DNA from: an uncultured Gammaproteobacteria bacterium | GTDB lineage: Bacteria; Pseudomonadota; Gammaproteobacteria; CAWCPV01 | Direction: 5' to 3' | Length of the DNA stretch: 64,000 nucleotides | NCBI GenBank assembly: GCA_963797555.1 | Contig: CAWCPV010000002.1 | Span: 160,001 to 224,000 of the forward strand | Shown here: piece by piece, positions 1-12,503 of the stretch | Position numbering within the stretch: the first letter of the stretch is position 1 | How the letters are laid out: the number at the start of each line of letters is the position of its first letter | The notes under the pieces: model-generated | The model's database searches: none | Seen by the model: only the letters and a program-made list of their open reading frames with translations | What the model was told of the DNA's origin: nothing | Program-made: the position numbers and the translations under genes

Positions 1-386
1 GCCGACGTTACCAGCACCGCCGCGCAGTCAGCGTGTTCCTGGAGATCGATCACCATCCGTTGATCACCGTTGGCGGAGCACACATCATCAGCGAGCTGAT
101 CGCGATTTGCGGCGGCCGCAATGCTTTAGGAACATTGACCGGCGTCGCGCCCGTGGTGGACCCGGAAGCGGTCCTGCGCGCCGATCCGGACATCATCGTT
201 GCTATGGGGCCCGGCGCCAGCGGGTGGCTGAACGAGTGGCGGCGTTGGCCGCAGCTCAGAGCCGTGCACAGCGGGCGGCTGGCAGTCGTCGCGGAGGACT
301 GGGTCGCTCGTCCCGGACCCCGTCTGGTACTGGGTGCCCAGCAGCTGTGTGGGGTGCTTGAGGAAGCGCGCCATGCCCTGAAATGA
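1..386 (+). CDS. Cobalamin/iron ABC transporter periplasmic binding protein (BtuF-like), 5' end outside window
   Basis: Frame is open from the window start; PLITVGG..IISELIAICGGRN, VDPEAVLRADPDIIVA and RPGPRL are typical of helical-backbone receptors. Confidence 0.75.
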   Translation, partial: RRYQHRRAVSVFLEIDHHPLITVGGAHIISELIAICGGRNALGTLTGVAPVVDPEAVLRADPDIIVAMGPGASGWLNEWRRWPQLRAVHSGRLAVVAEDWVARPGPRLVLGAQQLCGVLEEARHALK

Positions 387-652
387 GTGAGGGCGTTAGG
401 GAGCGCCCCAAGGATGCCTTCGGGCCGCCGGCCAGCTTCGTTCTACCCTGACCGCGCGCACGCTGTCGGAGCGCGCCGACGTGAGTGGCGCTGGGGGGGG
501 CGTGCTCTCCACGGCGGCCCCGCCTTCGTGGCCCTGTCGGCAGTCCCCGAGGCGACTCCGCGTTTGAAACACAGGCGGGCCTCACCCTTCGCGCTCTCTC
601 AGCGGTCGGTGCATGGGTGAGTCGCGTCCAAAGGTGCACCGGCCAAGGCGCA

Positions 653-709
653 TTGACAACGAGAAGAGCGCTGCGGTACAGTTTTGATATGTTTTAGAAA
701 CAGTCTAAA
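653..709 (+). promoter_or_regulatory. Sigma70-like promoter and Fur-family (Irr/PerR-like) operator upstream of rubrerythrin
   Basis: TTGACA 653-658, TACAGT 677-682 (18 bp spacer); palindrome TTTAGAA-ACA-GTCTAAA 693-709. Confidence 0.6.
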
Positions 710-751
710 CGTTTTTTCGGCGTCACCCACCCTATGCAAGAGGAGTGTCCT

Positions 752-1171
752 ATGGAACTGAAGGGTAGCAAGACCGAGGGTAGTCTGAGGGCGGCTTTCG
801 GCGGTGAGTCGCAGGCGAATCGGCGTTATCTCTATTTTGCCTCGAAGGCCGACGTTGAAGGGTACAACGACGTGTCTGCGGTGTTCCGTTCTACGGCCGA
901 GGGTGAGACGGGCCATGCGTTCGGGCATCTGGAATACCTGGAGGCCGTCGGCGACCCGGCCACGGATTTGCCCATCGGAGGCACTGCCGAGAACCTCAAG
1001 TCGGCCATTGCGGGCGAGACGCACGAGTACACCGATATGTATCCCGGCATGGCGAAGATTGCCCGAGACGAGGGGTTTCACGAGATTGCCGACTGGTTCG
1101 AGACGCTCGCCAAAGCCGAGCGCTCCCACGCCAACCGCTTCCAGAAGGCCCTGGACAACCTCGGGTCCTAA
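752..1171 (+). CDS. rbr: Rubrerythrin (short, aerobic type)
   Basis: AFGGESQANRRY, EGETGHA, GETHEYTDMYPGMA and AERSHA di-iron motifs; RBS AGGAG 741-745. Confidence 0.92.
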   Translation: MELKGSKTEGSLRAAFGGESQANRRYLYFASKADVEGYNDVSAVFRSTAEGETGHAFGHLEYLEAVGDPATDLPIGGTAENLKSAIAGETHEYTDMYPGMAKIARDEGFHEIADWFETLAKAERSHANRFQKALDNLGS

Positions 1172-1188
1172 CCGCGCGACTGCAAGCA

Positions 1189-1220
1189 GGGGCGGGGGGA
1201 GCCTCCCCCTCGCCCTTTTT
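1189..1220 (+). terminator. Intrinsic terminator-like hairpin after rbr
   Basis: GC stem GGGCGGGGGGA-gcc-TCCCCCTCGCCC followed by TTTTT. Confidence 0.55.
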
Positions 1221-1246
1221 CGTCGCCCAACGCCACAGGATCGCCC

Positions 1247-2593
1247 ATGAGCACGCCCGCTGACAGCCGCCGTGAGGGGAGCTTGGAGGCGCCCCGGCGC
1301 TCACCGCTCGACTGGAAGAGCCCCGAGTTCTATGACGAGGCACGCCTGTTCGACGAGATGAGCCGTGTATTCGAGATCTGCCACGGCTGCCGTCGCTGCT
1401 TCAGCCTCTGCAACGCATTTCCGACGTTGTTCGACGCAATCGACGATTCGCCTGCCATGGAGCTGGAAGGCGTCGAGCGGCAGGTTTACTGGCGCGTGGT
1501 GGACAACTGCTACCTCTGCGACATGTGCTTCATGACCAAGTGTCCCTACGTACCGCCACATCCGTGGAACGTGGACTTCCCCAAGCTGATGCTGCGCGGG
1601 AAAGCGATCAGGTTCAAGAGTGGGGCCGTGCCCGGGCGTGACCGAGTCATCAGCAGCACCAATGTCGTGGGCAAGCTGGCCACCATTCCGGTAGTCGCTC
1701 AGGCGGTCAACGCCGTACAGAAGAGTCGGAGCGCCCGCAAGCTGATCGAGCGAACCGTGGGTATTCACGCCGATGCCTGGCTGCCCCCCTACCGCAGCGA
1801 TATCTTGAGGCGGCGGGTTCGCGGGCGGCAGTCTCCGGCTCTTGAGCCGCGTCCAGGCACCGCCACCCGGGGTCGGGTAGTCCTGTTCCCCACCTGTTAC
1901 GGAAACTACAACGAGCCGCAACTGGGTGAGGACCTGATGGCCGTTATGGAGCACAACGGCGTTCCGGTGGACCTGACGCAGAGGCAGGCATGCTGCGGCA
2001 TGCCCAAGCTGGAGATCGGCGATCTCGACACCGTTGCGCGCTTAAAGCGGGACAGCGTCCCCGAGCTGGCGCGCTGGGTGGACCAAGGCTTCGACATCCT
2101 CGCCCCTGTTCCGTCATGCGTGCTGATGTTCAAGCAGGAGTTCCCGCTGCTGTTCCCCGACGACCCGGAGGTCGGCAGGGTATCCCGCGCCACCTTCGAC
2201 CCCTTCGAGTACCTGATGCTACGCCATCGGGACGGCCTGCTTAAGACCGATTTCAAATACCCGCTGGGCAAGGTTCTCTATCACGCGGCCTGTCACCTAC
2301 GGGTCCAGAATGTTGGCCTCAAGACCCGCGAGATCCTCGCTCTCATCCCGGACACCCAGGTGGAGGTCGTGGAGCGTTGCTCAGGGCACGACGGGACCTA
2401 TGCTGTAAAACGCGAGTTCCACGACTTCGCCATGAAGATCGGGCGGCCGGTGTTCGACCGAGTGGCGAAGAGCCAGCCGGACCACTACACCAGCGACTGC
2501 CCCATCGCTGGCCACCAGATCGAGAATGGCCTAGACGACGGCAGCCGTCCCACTCATCCGCTCACCCTGTTGCGCATGGCTTACGGACTTTGA
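1247..2593 (+). CDS. Rubrerythrin-associated Fe-S oxidoreductase (GlpC/HdrD-like CCG domains)
   Basis: CHGCRRCFSLC and CYLCDMCFMTKCP 4Fe-4S motifs; ACCGMP and CSGHDG. Confidence 0.85.
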   Translation: MSTPADSRREGSLEAPRRSPLDWKSPEFYDEARLFDEMSRVFEICHGCRRCFSLCNAFPTLFDAIDDSPAMELEGVERQVYWRVVDNCYLCDMCFMTKCPYVPPHPWNVDFPKLMLRGKAIRFKSGAVPGRDRVISSTNVVGKLATIPVVAQAVNAVQKSRSARKLIERTVGIHADAWLPPYRSDILRRRVRGRQSPALEPRPGTATRGRVVLFPTCYGNYNEPQLGEDLMAVMEHNGVPVDLTQRQACCGMPKLEIGDLDTVARLKRDSVPELARWVDQGFDILAPVPSCVLMFKQEFPLLFPDDPEVGRVSRATFDPFEYLMLRHRDGLLKTDFKYPLGKVLYHAACHLRVQNVGLKTREILALIPDTQVEVVERCSGHDGTYAVKREFHDFAMKIGRPVFDRVAKSQPDHYTSDCPIAGHQIENGLDDGSRPTHPLTLLRMAYGL

Positions 2594-2653
2594 CGGGGCC
2601 GCCCCGGCCCGGCCGTGGCACAACGCTCAGCCAGAGACGCTATGGAGATTGCC

Positions 2654-3238
2654 ATGCACAGACTGACCCGCGCAGACTTATACAGTCTGGAGGCTTACGA
2701 GGAGGCGCGCACCGATTTCCGTGCCCGCGTGATGGCTCACAAGAGGGATCGCAAGCTTGCGTTGGGACCACACATGACGTTGTACTTCGAGGACCGCCTG
2801 ACCATGCAGTACCAAGTACAGGAGATGCTTCGCGCTGAGCGCATCTTCAAGGCAAGCGAGGTCGAGGAGGAGCTGGCGGCGTACAATCCGCTCGTCCCGG
2901 ACGGGAGCAACTGGAAGGCCACGATGATGATCGAGTATGAAGACGTCGCGGAGCGCAAGCGCGCACTCGGCGAGCTGATTGGCGTCGAAGACCGGGTGTG
3001 GGTGCGGGTGGACGGGCTTGCACCGGTGTTCGCGGTAGCGGACGAAGATTTGGACCGGGAGACCGAGGAGAAGACCTCGGCGGTCCATTTCCTGCGTTTC
3101 GAGCTGACGCCGGAGATGGTCGCTATGGTCAAGGAAGGGGCTCCCGTCAGTGCTGGGGTCGACCACCCGCGCTACACACTCGTGCTCGACCCTGTGCCGT
3201 ACGAGGTGCGGTTGTCCTTGACGAACGACCTGGACTGA
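2654..3238 (+). CDS. DUF3501 family protein
   Basis: FEDRLTMQYQVQEMLRAE, YNPLVPDG and TSAVHFLRF; usual third gene of the rbr cluster. Confidence 0.85.
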   Translation: MHRLTRADLYSLEAYEEARTDFRARVMAHKRDRKLALGPHMTLYFEDRLTMQYQVQEMLRAERIFKASEVEEELAAYNPLVPDGSNWKATMMIEYEDVAERKRALGELIGVEDRVWVRVDGLAPVFAVADEDLDRETEEKTSAVHFLRFELTPEMVAMVKEGAPVSAGVDHPRYTLVLDPVPYEVRLSLTNDLD

Positions 3239-3258
3239 TCGTGACCCTGTGATCGTTC

Positions 3259-3744
3259 TTGGACTCCCACCTCGCACGCTTGGCCGAGCACGTCGGCACA
3301 GTCCTCAAGCAGCGCGGTCTCACGCTCGCCGTCGCCGAGTCTTGCACCGGCGGGGGGCTTGCACAGACGATCACGGCAGTTTCCGGCAGCTCCGAGTGGT
3401 TCGATCGTGGCTTCGTAACCTACAGCAACGACGCCAAGCGGGAGATGCTCGGGGTTCGCCGCGACACCCTGGAGGCCCATGGGGCGGTCAGTGAGCAGAC
3501 GGTCCACGAGATGGCCGAGGGGGCGCTGGGTAACAGTCATGCCCAGTTGAGCATCGCCGTGAGTGGTGTCGCTGGACCGAGCGGCGGCACCCCCGAAAAG
3601 CCCGTGGGCACGGTCTGGCTCGCATGGGCCACGGAGCAAGGAGTGAGCACGCGGCTGGCGCATTTCCCCGGCGATCGCGAAGAAGTGAGGCGCCAAGCCG
3701 TGGCAGCGGCCCTGCAGGGGGTGCTGGACATCCTTGGCCAGTGA
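3259..3744 (+). CDS. pncC: Nicotinamide mononucleotide deamidase (CinA C-terminal domain)
   Basis: AESCTGG, GFVTYSN, HGAVS and GVAGPSGG..KPVGTV. Confidence 0.9.
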   Translation: MDSHLARLAEHVGTVLKQRGLTLAVAESCTGGGLAQTITAVSGSSEWFDRGFVTYSNDAKREMLGVRRDTLEAHGAVSEQTVHEMAEGALGNSHAQLSIAVSGVAGPSGGTPEKPVGTVWLAWATEQGVSTRLAHFPGDREEVRRQAVAAALQGVLDILGQ

Positions 3745-4258
3745 CTGGCGGCGGCTCTTCCTGGCGCTGTGGCCGGATGGCGCGGTACGCAGCCGGCTGG
3801 AGTCAATTCCCGCGGGCATCGCTGCCTCGGGCCGCCGGATTTCCGGCCGCAACTTGCATCTCACCCTGGCCTTTCTCGGCAGTCTGGATCCGGCGGCCCA
3901 GCGGTTTGTCGAGGAGGCGGCGCAGACGGTCCGGGCGCGCCCCTTCACACTGGTCTTGGACGAGGTGGGGTGGTTTCGCCGCCCCCGGGTCCTGTGGGTA
4001 GGGGCGTCGCAGATCCCGGCGCAGTTGGAAGACTTGGTGGAGCAGCTCAGCGAGCGGCTCACACCCTGCGGTTACGCCCCCGATTCCCGGCCGTTCCAGG
4101 CCCACGTTACGCTGGCACGCAAGGTGGATCGGGGTCCGCTCAGACGCGAGGCGATCGCGCCCATCGAATGGCATGTCGATGGCTTCGCGCTCGTGGAGTC
4201 CGTCATGCTACCGGCCGGTGCCGACTATCGGCGGCTCAGGGTCTGGTCGGCGGCCTGA
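3734..4258 (+). CDS. thpR: RNA 2',3'-cyclic phosphodiesterase
   Basis: RLFLALWP; two HxT motifs (HLTLAFLG, HVTLAR). Confidence 0.88.
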   Translation: MASDWRRLFLALWPDGAVRSRLESIPAGIAASGRRISGRNLHLTLAFLGSLDPAAQRFVEEAAQTVRARPFTLVLDEVGWFRRPRVLWVGASQIPAQLEDLVEQLSERLTPCGYAPDSRPFQAHVTLARKVDRGPLRREAIAPIEWHVDGFALVESVMLPAGADYRRLRVWSAA

Positions 4259-4352
4259 GGCAAGCCGGCTAGGCTCGCTTGCAACGATTGTGGGATAATG
4301 ACCCCCGTTGTCGTGGGCGGAGCAAGCGGGTCTCTATTAAGGGGGGGAACGG

Positions 4353-5384
4353 ATGATGGAAGATAACAAGAGCAAGGCATTGACCGCCGCCCTGAGCCAG
4401 ATCGAAAGGAGCTTCGGAAAAGGGGCGGTCATGCGTATGGGTGACGCCGGGGTGGCTCGGGACGTGGATGTCATTTCGACGGGCTCCCTGGGGCTGGATA
4501 TCGCGCTGGGAGTTGGCGGTCTGCCGCGCGGACGTGTGGTGGAGATTTACGGGCCAGAATCCTCGGGCAAGACGACACTCACTCTGCACGTGATCGCGGA
4601 GGCCCAGCGACAGGGCGGAACGGCGGCATTCATCGATGCCGAGCACGCGCTCGACCCGACGTACGCCCAGAAACTGGGGGTCAACGTGGACGATCTGCTC
4701 GTGTCGCAGCCGGACACCGGCGAGCAGGCGCTGGAGATCGCGGACATGTTGGTGCGCTCGGGTGCCGTGGACGTCGTGGTCATCGACTCGGTGGCCGCCC
4801 TGACGCCGAAGGCCGAGATCGAGGGCGAGATGGGCGACTCCCACATGGGTCTCCAGGCGCGTCTCATGTCCCAGGCGCTACGCAAGCTTACGGCGAACAT
4901 CAAGCGGTCCAATACGCTGGTGATCTTCATCAACCAGATTCGCATGAAGATCGGCGTCATGTTCGGGAACCCCGAAACGACCACCGGCGGTAATGCACTG
5001 AAGTTCTATGCCTCCGTGCGCCTGGACATCCGCCGTACCGGGGCCATCAAGAAGGGCGATGAAGTCATCGGGAGCGAGACGCGGGTCAAGGTGGTGAAGA
5101 ACAAGCTTGCCCCGCCCTTCAAGCAGGCGGAGTTCGAGATCCTCTACCGGGAGGGAATCTCGCGCCAGGGAGAGATCGTCGATCTGGGCGTGCAGCACGG
5201 TGTCCTGGAAAAGGCTGGGGCGTGGTACAGCTATCGCGGTAACCGCATCGGTCAGGGCAAGGAGAACGCGCGCGATTTCTTGCGCGAAAACCCCGACGTG
5301 GCCCGCGAGATCGAGGAGCAACTGCGCGCTAGCCTATTGCCTGCCAAGCACGCCGAGTCTCAGGCCGCGGAGGTCGAGTCCTGA
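4353..5384 (+). CDS. recA: Recombinase A
   Basis: [33 protein letters not shown] and GGNALKFY. Confidence 0.99.
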   Translation: MMEDNKSKALTAALSQIERSFGKGAVMRMGDAGVARDVDVISTGSLGLDIALGVGGLPRGRVVEIYGPESSGKTTLTLHVIAEAQRQGGTAAFIDAEHALDPTYAQKLGVNVDDLLVSQPDTGEQALEIADMLVRSGAVDVVVIDSVAALTPKAEIEGEMGDSHMGLQARLMSQALRKLTANIKRSNTLVIFINQIRMKIGVMFGNPETTTGGNALKFYASVRLDIRRTGAIKKGDEVIGSETRVKVVKNKLAPPFKQAEFEILYREGISRQGEIVDLGVQHGVLEKAGAWYSYRGNRIGQGKENARDFLRENPDVAREIEEQLRASLLPAKHAESQAAEVES

Positions 5385-5434
5385 GGACCACGGCCGAGTC
5401 CCCCGGCAACGTCGAGCGCGTCGCCCTGGGCCTG

Positions 5435-5839
5435 TTGGCGCGTCGCGAGCATTCACGGGAAGAGTTGGTGCGTAAGCTTTGCCGCAAGGGCTTCGACCCA
5501 GAGGCGGCGAGGCATGTAGTGGACGGTCTGGCCCAGCAGGGTTGGGTAAGCGACAGCCGTTTCGCCGAGGAGTTTGTCCGCGACCGTCTGTCGCGAGGTT
5601 TCGGGCCCCTGCGTATCCGGGCGGAACTCAAGGAGCGCGGTGTGAGCGAGGACTTGGCCGCGTCCTGGCTCGAAGAGGATGCGGTGGACTGGTATGCGCA
5701 GGCGGAGCGCACTCGATGCAAGCGTTTCGGCACCGAGTTGCCGGCGGGGTTGCGCGAGCGCGCCCGACAGGCCAGGTTCCTGCAGTATCGAGGCTTCTCC
5801 TCGGAGCAGATTCGGGCGGTGCTGGCGGGCGGTGATTGA
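5435..5839 (+). CDS. recX: Regulatory protein RecX (true start may be slightly upstream)
   Basis: [30 protein letters not shown] and FLQYRGF; directly after recA. Confidence 0.9.
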   Translation: MARREHSREELVRKLCRKGFDPEAARHVVDGLAQQGWVSDSRFAEEFVRDRLSRGFGPLRIRAELKERGVSEDLAASWLEEDAVDWYAQAERTRCKRFGTELPAGLRERARQARFLQYRGFSSEQIRAVLAGGD

Positions 5840-5847
5840 CTCGAGGT

Positions 5848-8451
<2,604 letters not shown>

Positions 8452-8491
8452 GCTCCGTCCCTGCCGCGTCCCGGGCGGGAGCGAGGGCCCG

Positions 8492-9745
8492 ATGGCGCTG
8501 ATCGTGCAGAAGTACGGGGGGACCTCCGTCGGCAGTATCGAACGCGTCGAGCGCGTCGCGGATCGGGTCATTCGCTGGCGCAGCAAGGGCAACGATTTGG
8601 TGGTCGTCGTGTCGGCCATGAGCGGCGAGACCAACCGCCTGCTGGCCCTGGCCAAGCAAATCGATGCGCGGCCCAATCCGCGAGAGCTGGACGTGTTGCT
8701 CGCCACCGGCGAGCAGGTGACAATCGCACTGCTCGCCATCGCCGTGGGAAAACGTGGGTGCCCAGCGCGTTCATACACCGGCGGTCAAGTACATATTCGG
8801 ACCGATAACGCTCACACCAAGGCGCGTATCACCGACATCGACTCGGCGCGAGTGATGAGAGACCTGAGGGATGGGCGCGTCGTGATCGTGGCGGGATTCC
8901 AGGGAGTGGACGACGAGGGGAATATCACCACGCTCGGCCGAGGCGGTTCCGACACCACCGCCGTCGCCTTGGCGGCAGCCCTCGGGGCCGACGAGTGCCA
9001 GATCTATACCGATGTGGACGGGGTCTATACCACCGACCCGCGTGTGGTGCCGGCGTCGCGGCGTTTGGCTTGCCTCACCTATGAGGAGATGCTGGAGATG
9101 GCGAGCCTCGGCGCAAAAGTCCTGCAGATCCGCTCGGTGGAGTTCGCCAGCAAGTACAACGTGCCGTTGCGCGTCCTCTCCTCTTTCGACGAGGGCGATG
9201 GCACATTGATCACCGCAGAGGAGCCAAGCATGGAGCAGGCGCTGATCTCCGGCATCGCCTTCAACCGTGATGAGGCCAAGCTAACCATCATGGGTGTACC
9301 GGACCAGCCCGGAGTGGCCTACCGGATTCTGGGGCCGATTGCCTCCGCGAACATCGAGGTAGACATGATCGTGCAGAACGTCGGTGCGGACGGGACGACT
9401 GACTTCACATTCACGGTGCATCGCAACGACTACGAGAAGGCAGTGGACCTGCTGCGTGCCACTGCCGCAGAGATGGGGGCACGGGATGTGTCTGGCGACA
9501 ACAGGATTGCGAAGATATCCCTGGTGGGCGTGGGTATGCGATCCCACGCGGGGATCGCCAGTGCGATGTTTCACGCGCTGGCGCAAGAGGGCATCAACAT
9601 CCGTATGATCTCCACCTCGGAGATCAAGATCTCGGTGGTTGTCGACGAGAAGTATCTGGAGCTAGGTGTGCGCACCCTGCACGACGCCTTTCATCTGGAG
9701 AAGGAGCCCGAGCGAGAGGTGGGGTTGGTCCCGGCGCACGGGTGA
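8492..9745 (+). CDS. lysC: Aspartate kinase
   Basis: MALIVQKYGGTSV, TTLGRGGSDTTA; C-terminal ACT domains. Confidence 0.96.
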   Translation: MALIVQKYGGTSVGSIERVERVADRVIRWRSKGNDLVVVVSAMSGETNRLLALAKQIDARPNPRELDVLLATGEQVTIALLAIAVGKRGCPARSYTGGQVHIRTDNAHTKARITDIDSARVMRDLRDGRVVIVAGFQGVDDEGNITTLGRGGSDTTAVALAAALGADECQIYTDVDGVYTTDPRVVPASRRLACLTYEEMLEMASLGAKVLQIRSVEFASKYNVPLRVLSSFDEGDGTLITAEEPSMEQALISGIAFNRDEAKLTIMGVPDQPGVAYRILGPIASANIEVDMIVQNVGADGTTDFTFTVHRNDYEKAVDLLRATAAEMGARDVSGDNRIAKISLVGVGMRSHAGIASAMFHALAQEGINIRMISTSEIKISVVVDEKYLELGVRTLHDAFHLEKEPEREVGLVPAHG

Positions 9746-9832
9746 GGCGCGAACAGGCCACGGACGTGGGCCAGGGAGGCGTCTTCGGTCGCGTCCCGGG
9801 TTGAACCGGCGCAGCGAACAAGGAGAGCATTG

Positions 9833-10036
9833 ATGCTGATTCTGACCAGGCGCGTGGGTGAGACGTTGATGATCGGCGATGAGGTCAGCGTTACGGTTCT
9901 GGGAGTCAAAGGGAACCAGGTCCGCATCGGCGTAAACGCACCCAGGGACGTGACCGTCCACCGTGAGGAGATCTACGAGAGGATCCGCAAGGAGCGGGCC
10001 TTGGGGGGGGACGGCGAGCTGGAGATCCCAGAATAG
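9833..10036 (+). CDS. csrA: Carbon storage regulator
   Basis: [36 protein letters not shown]. Confidence 0.97.
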   Translation: MLILTRRVGETLMIGDEVSVTVLGVKGNQVRIGVNAPRDVTVHREEIYERIRKERALGGDGELEIPE

Positions 10037-10183
10037 CTCTCCCTTACCGAGCGTACTATAATGCCCAGTCTGCGGTAGAGCAGTGGTCAACCACGGCTCC
10101 CGACCAAGCTGGGAGTCCAGCCGGGCGATGCCTGTCACGGTTCGCCAGTGGTTTGCGCGGGCCGCCGCGAGATGTTGATCCCG

Positions 10184-10276
10184 GGAGAGATGGCCGAGAG
10201 GTCGAAGGCGCTCCCCTGCTAAGGGAGTATGGGGTTAAAAGCTCCATCGAGGGTTCGAATCCCTCTCTCTCCGCCA
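10184..10276 (+). tRNA. tRNA-Ser(GCT)
   Basis: Acceptor GGAGAGA/TCTCTCC, anticodon arm CTCCC-CTGCTAA-GGGAG, long variable arm, GGTTCGAATCC, 3' CCA. Confidence 0.96.
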
Positions 10277-10332
10277 GACGGCGGAGCCTAGGTCGGCAGG
10301 CGCCAGTGCCCTGGCGAACCGTCCATCCAAAC

Positions 10333-10409
10333 GCGCCCGTAGCTCAGTTGGATAGAGTACCTGGCTACGAACCAGGGGGTCGGGAGTTCGAATCTCTCCG
10401 GGCGCGCCA
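10333..10409 (+). tRNA. tRNA-Arg(ACG); island integration site
   Basis: Acceptor GCGCCCG/CGGGCGC, anticodon arm CCTGG-CTACGAA-CCAGG, GTTCGAAT, 3' CCA. Confidence 0.97.
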
Positions 10410-10499
10410 GTTTTCCAAAGGGTTAGCGATTGTCGGCCGCCAGCCTTGCGCCGTGTTCGTCCTGGAAGGATAGCGCGAAGGCGTCGGAAAACCGGCTCA

Positions 10500-11030
10500 T
10501 CAGCTTGAAGATGTTGCCGACCTCGATTGCCTTTTCCCCGCGCAGTGCCGTGTTGCCGACGGGCAGGCTCCGTTCAGATCGCCGATGATCTCCTTGTTGA
10601 GGGTGATCCGGCACTCTTCACAGACATGGATCGTGTCCTCGCCGGAGGGCGTGATCGTCTGGTATTCGTGCGAATACTTGCTGAACACGCCCCCGAGGCA
10701 TAGGTGAGGAGAGTGATCGCGCCGAGGCCGCAGCGCCGTGACGATCTCTTCATGGGTCGGGCCGAGCGTCAGATCGCGCTCGCCCGCGCCCGCGCCTTTG
10801 AGCTTGAACAGGATGTCGTCCATCTTGTCCCAGCGGCCCGTCTGCCGCCACGCATCGCCGGGCTGGAGCGCCGGCATCAGAATTTCCTGACTGGCGATCG
10901 CGTTCATCTCCTCGCGGATGATCTGCTCGATCTTCATCAGCACCCGCATCAGCGGCAGGAACGAATAAATCCCGGCCATCTGCTGCGGATAAACCCGGCC
11001 CGCAGCAGCAGGCGCGCGTTGATGCTGTCT
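10500..11030 (-). pseudogene. proS: Prolyl-tRNA synthetase fragments (internally deleted)
   Basis: QQMAGIYSFLPL, IIREEMNAI, EILMPALQP, WRQTGRW, LGPTHEE, SHEYQ..GEDTI; IEVGNIFKL in an adjacent frame. Confidence 0.8.
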
Positions 11031-11237
11031 TCCTCGGACGACGTATCGCGGACCGCTTTCGTGCACAGCCCGGACTGGCGCAGGCCCAGCGCGCCGTATT
11101 GGTTGCAGGAGGTCATCGTTCTTCAGCCGTTTCTGTTCTCAGGCAATACAACAGGAATCGCAGAAATTCTGCTGCGACGCAAGGCCAAACGATGATGGCT
11201 GAGCGACGGCCTTGCGTCCTTTAGCCGGAAAAGTAGT

Positions 11238-11519
11238 TCACGACATCCATGCCCTGATGGGAATGCCGATGATGTCGATGCCCCCCTCGCGCACGATATA
11301 GAAGATGACATGCGAGCCTTGCGCGTAGCTGTGATAGCCCTCCTTGATGTCGGGACGGGGCTTGCCGAGGGCCGGGTGCTCCGCGCGCCAGGAGAACCGC
11401 CGGTCCATGGCGCGCAAATACACATCGCGCTGGTCCTTGCCCCAGGTCTCCAGCGTGTAGCGGGCGATGTTGCGCAGATCCTGCATGGCCCGCGGCGTGA
11501 GCCGGAACGTCCCGCTCAT
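11238..11519 (-). CDS. parE: ParE/RelE family toxin
   Basis: FRLTPRAMQDLRNIARYTLETWG, GKPRPDIKEGY and HVIFY. Confidence 0.85.
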   Translation of the reverse strand: MSGTFRLTPRAMQDLRNIARYTLETWGKDQRDVYLRAMDRRFSWRAEHPALGKPRPDIKEGYHSYAQGSHVIFYIVREGGIDIIGIPIRAWMS

Positions 11520-11764
11520 CCGTCCCGGTCCGGATCCGCGAGAAGGCCCTCGATGGAGTAGTCTTTCACGAACCCCCCGCTGCGCGCCTGCGCTTCACCT
11601 TCGGCGAGGTGCGCGCGCAGGGCGGCGAGCTTGCTGTTACGCTCTTCCATGTGGCGCAGCGCGTCGCGCACGACCTCGCTCGCGGAGCCGTAACGGCCGC
11701 TCGCGACCTCGTTGCGGATGAAGACTTCCCAGTGCTCGCCCAGGCTCAGGCTGGTGGTGGCCAT
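11516..11764 (-). CDS. parD: ParD family antitoxin
   Basis: TSLSLGEHWEVFI..VASGRYGSASEVVRDALR; overlaps the toxin start. Confidence 0.88.
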   Translation of the reverse strand: MATTSLSLGEHWEVFIRNEVASGRYGSASEVVRDALRHMEERNSKLAALRAHLAEGEAQARSGGFVKDYSIEGLLADPDRDG

Positions 11765-11915
11765 GGTCAAACCTTGTTTGTTCACAAATAACAAATATGA
11801 ATATACCCCGATTCTCCCTAAAATCAAGTAAACCCGCTCTCAATGGTGGCAGACAGCCTTTCCCGGCGCATTACTTGAGGTGACAAATTGTGACCTCTCC
11901 ATTATCCGGACCCGT

Positions 11916-12503
11916 TCAGGACCGCACGAATGCAAGCAGCGCTTCGAGGTTGTGCCGGTCGGCTTCGCGCAGGGCGGCGACGTAGCTCCGGCGGGCTTCG
12001 CCGGGATCGGCCAAGTTCGCGCTGCCCCAGGTGAAACGCGGGCGGCCCAGGGACACAAGGAGCAGGTCGGTGGCGAGCCGGGCATGACGGCCATTGCCGT
12101 TCGGGTAGGCGTGAATGGAAACGAGCCGGTGATGGAAGCGGACGGCGATCTCATCGGGCTCATAGGTGCCGTGGCCGATCCAGAACCGGCAGTCATCCAC
12201 GAGCTGGCGCAGGTCCTGCGGGATGCGCCAGGCATCGACGCCGACATTCTTGCCGGTACGGCGGTACTGACCGGCCCAGCGCCAGACCCTGCCGAACATC
12301 CGCTTGTGCAGACCGTTCAGAAAACGCTCGCCCGGCACATCGCGCCTGCGCTTGAAGGCCCACTCCTCGGCCTCCAGGATGTTCGCCTGTTCGGCCGCAT
12401 TGAGTTCGCCGCGCAGGGTGATGTAGGAGGGAATCAGACCCTCCCGCTCTTCTGCGCTGAGCGGTGTCGCCGCATCGTCCTGCTCTCCGAGCGGGTCCGT
12501 CAT
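11916..12503 (-). CDS. Mobile mystery protein B (Fic domain)
   Basis: ATPL..EREGLIP, ELNAAEQANI; Fic motif HAYPNGNGRHAR. Confidence 0.88.
   Translation of the reverse strand: MTDPLGEQDDAATPLSAEEREGLIPSYITLRGELNAAEQANILEAEEWAFKRRRDVPGERFLNGLHKRMFGRVWRWAGQYRRTGKNVGVDAWRIPQDLRQLVDDCRFWIGHGTYEPDEIAVRFHHRLVSIHAYPNGNGRHARLATDLLLVSLGRPRFTWGSANLADPGEARRSYVAALREADRHNLEALLAFVRS

Noticed and set aside
387-650. GC-rich intergenic region as ncRNA or cobalamin riboswitch
   Set aside because: Lies downstream of the btuF-like gene, and no B12-box or other family motif is recognisable
4260-4352. LexA SOS box upstream of recA
   Set aside because: No CTGT-N8-ACAG motif visible
10153-10473. 106-aa ORF
   Set aside because: Overlaps the two tRNA genes
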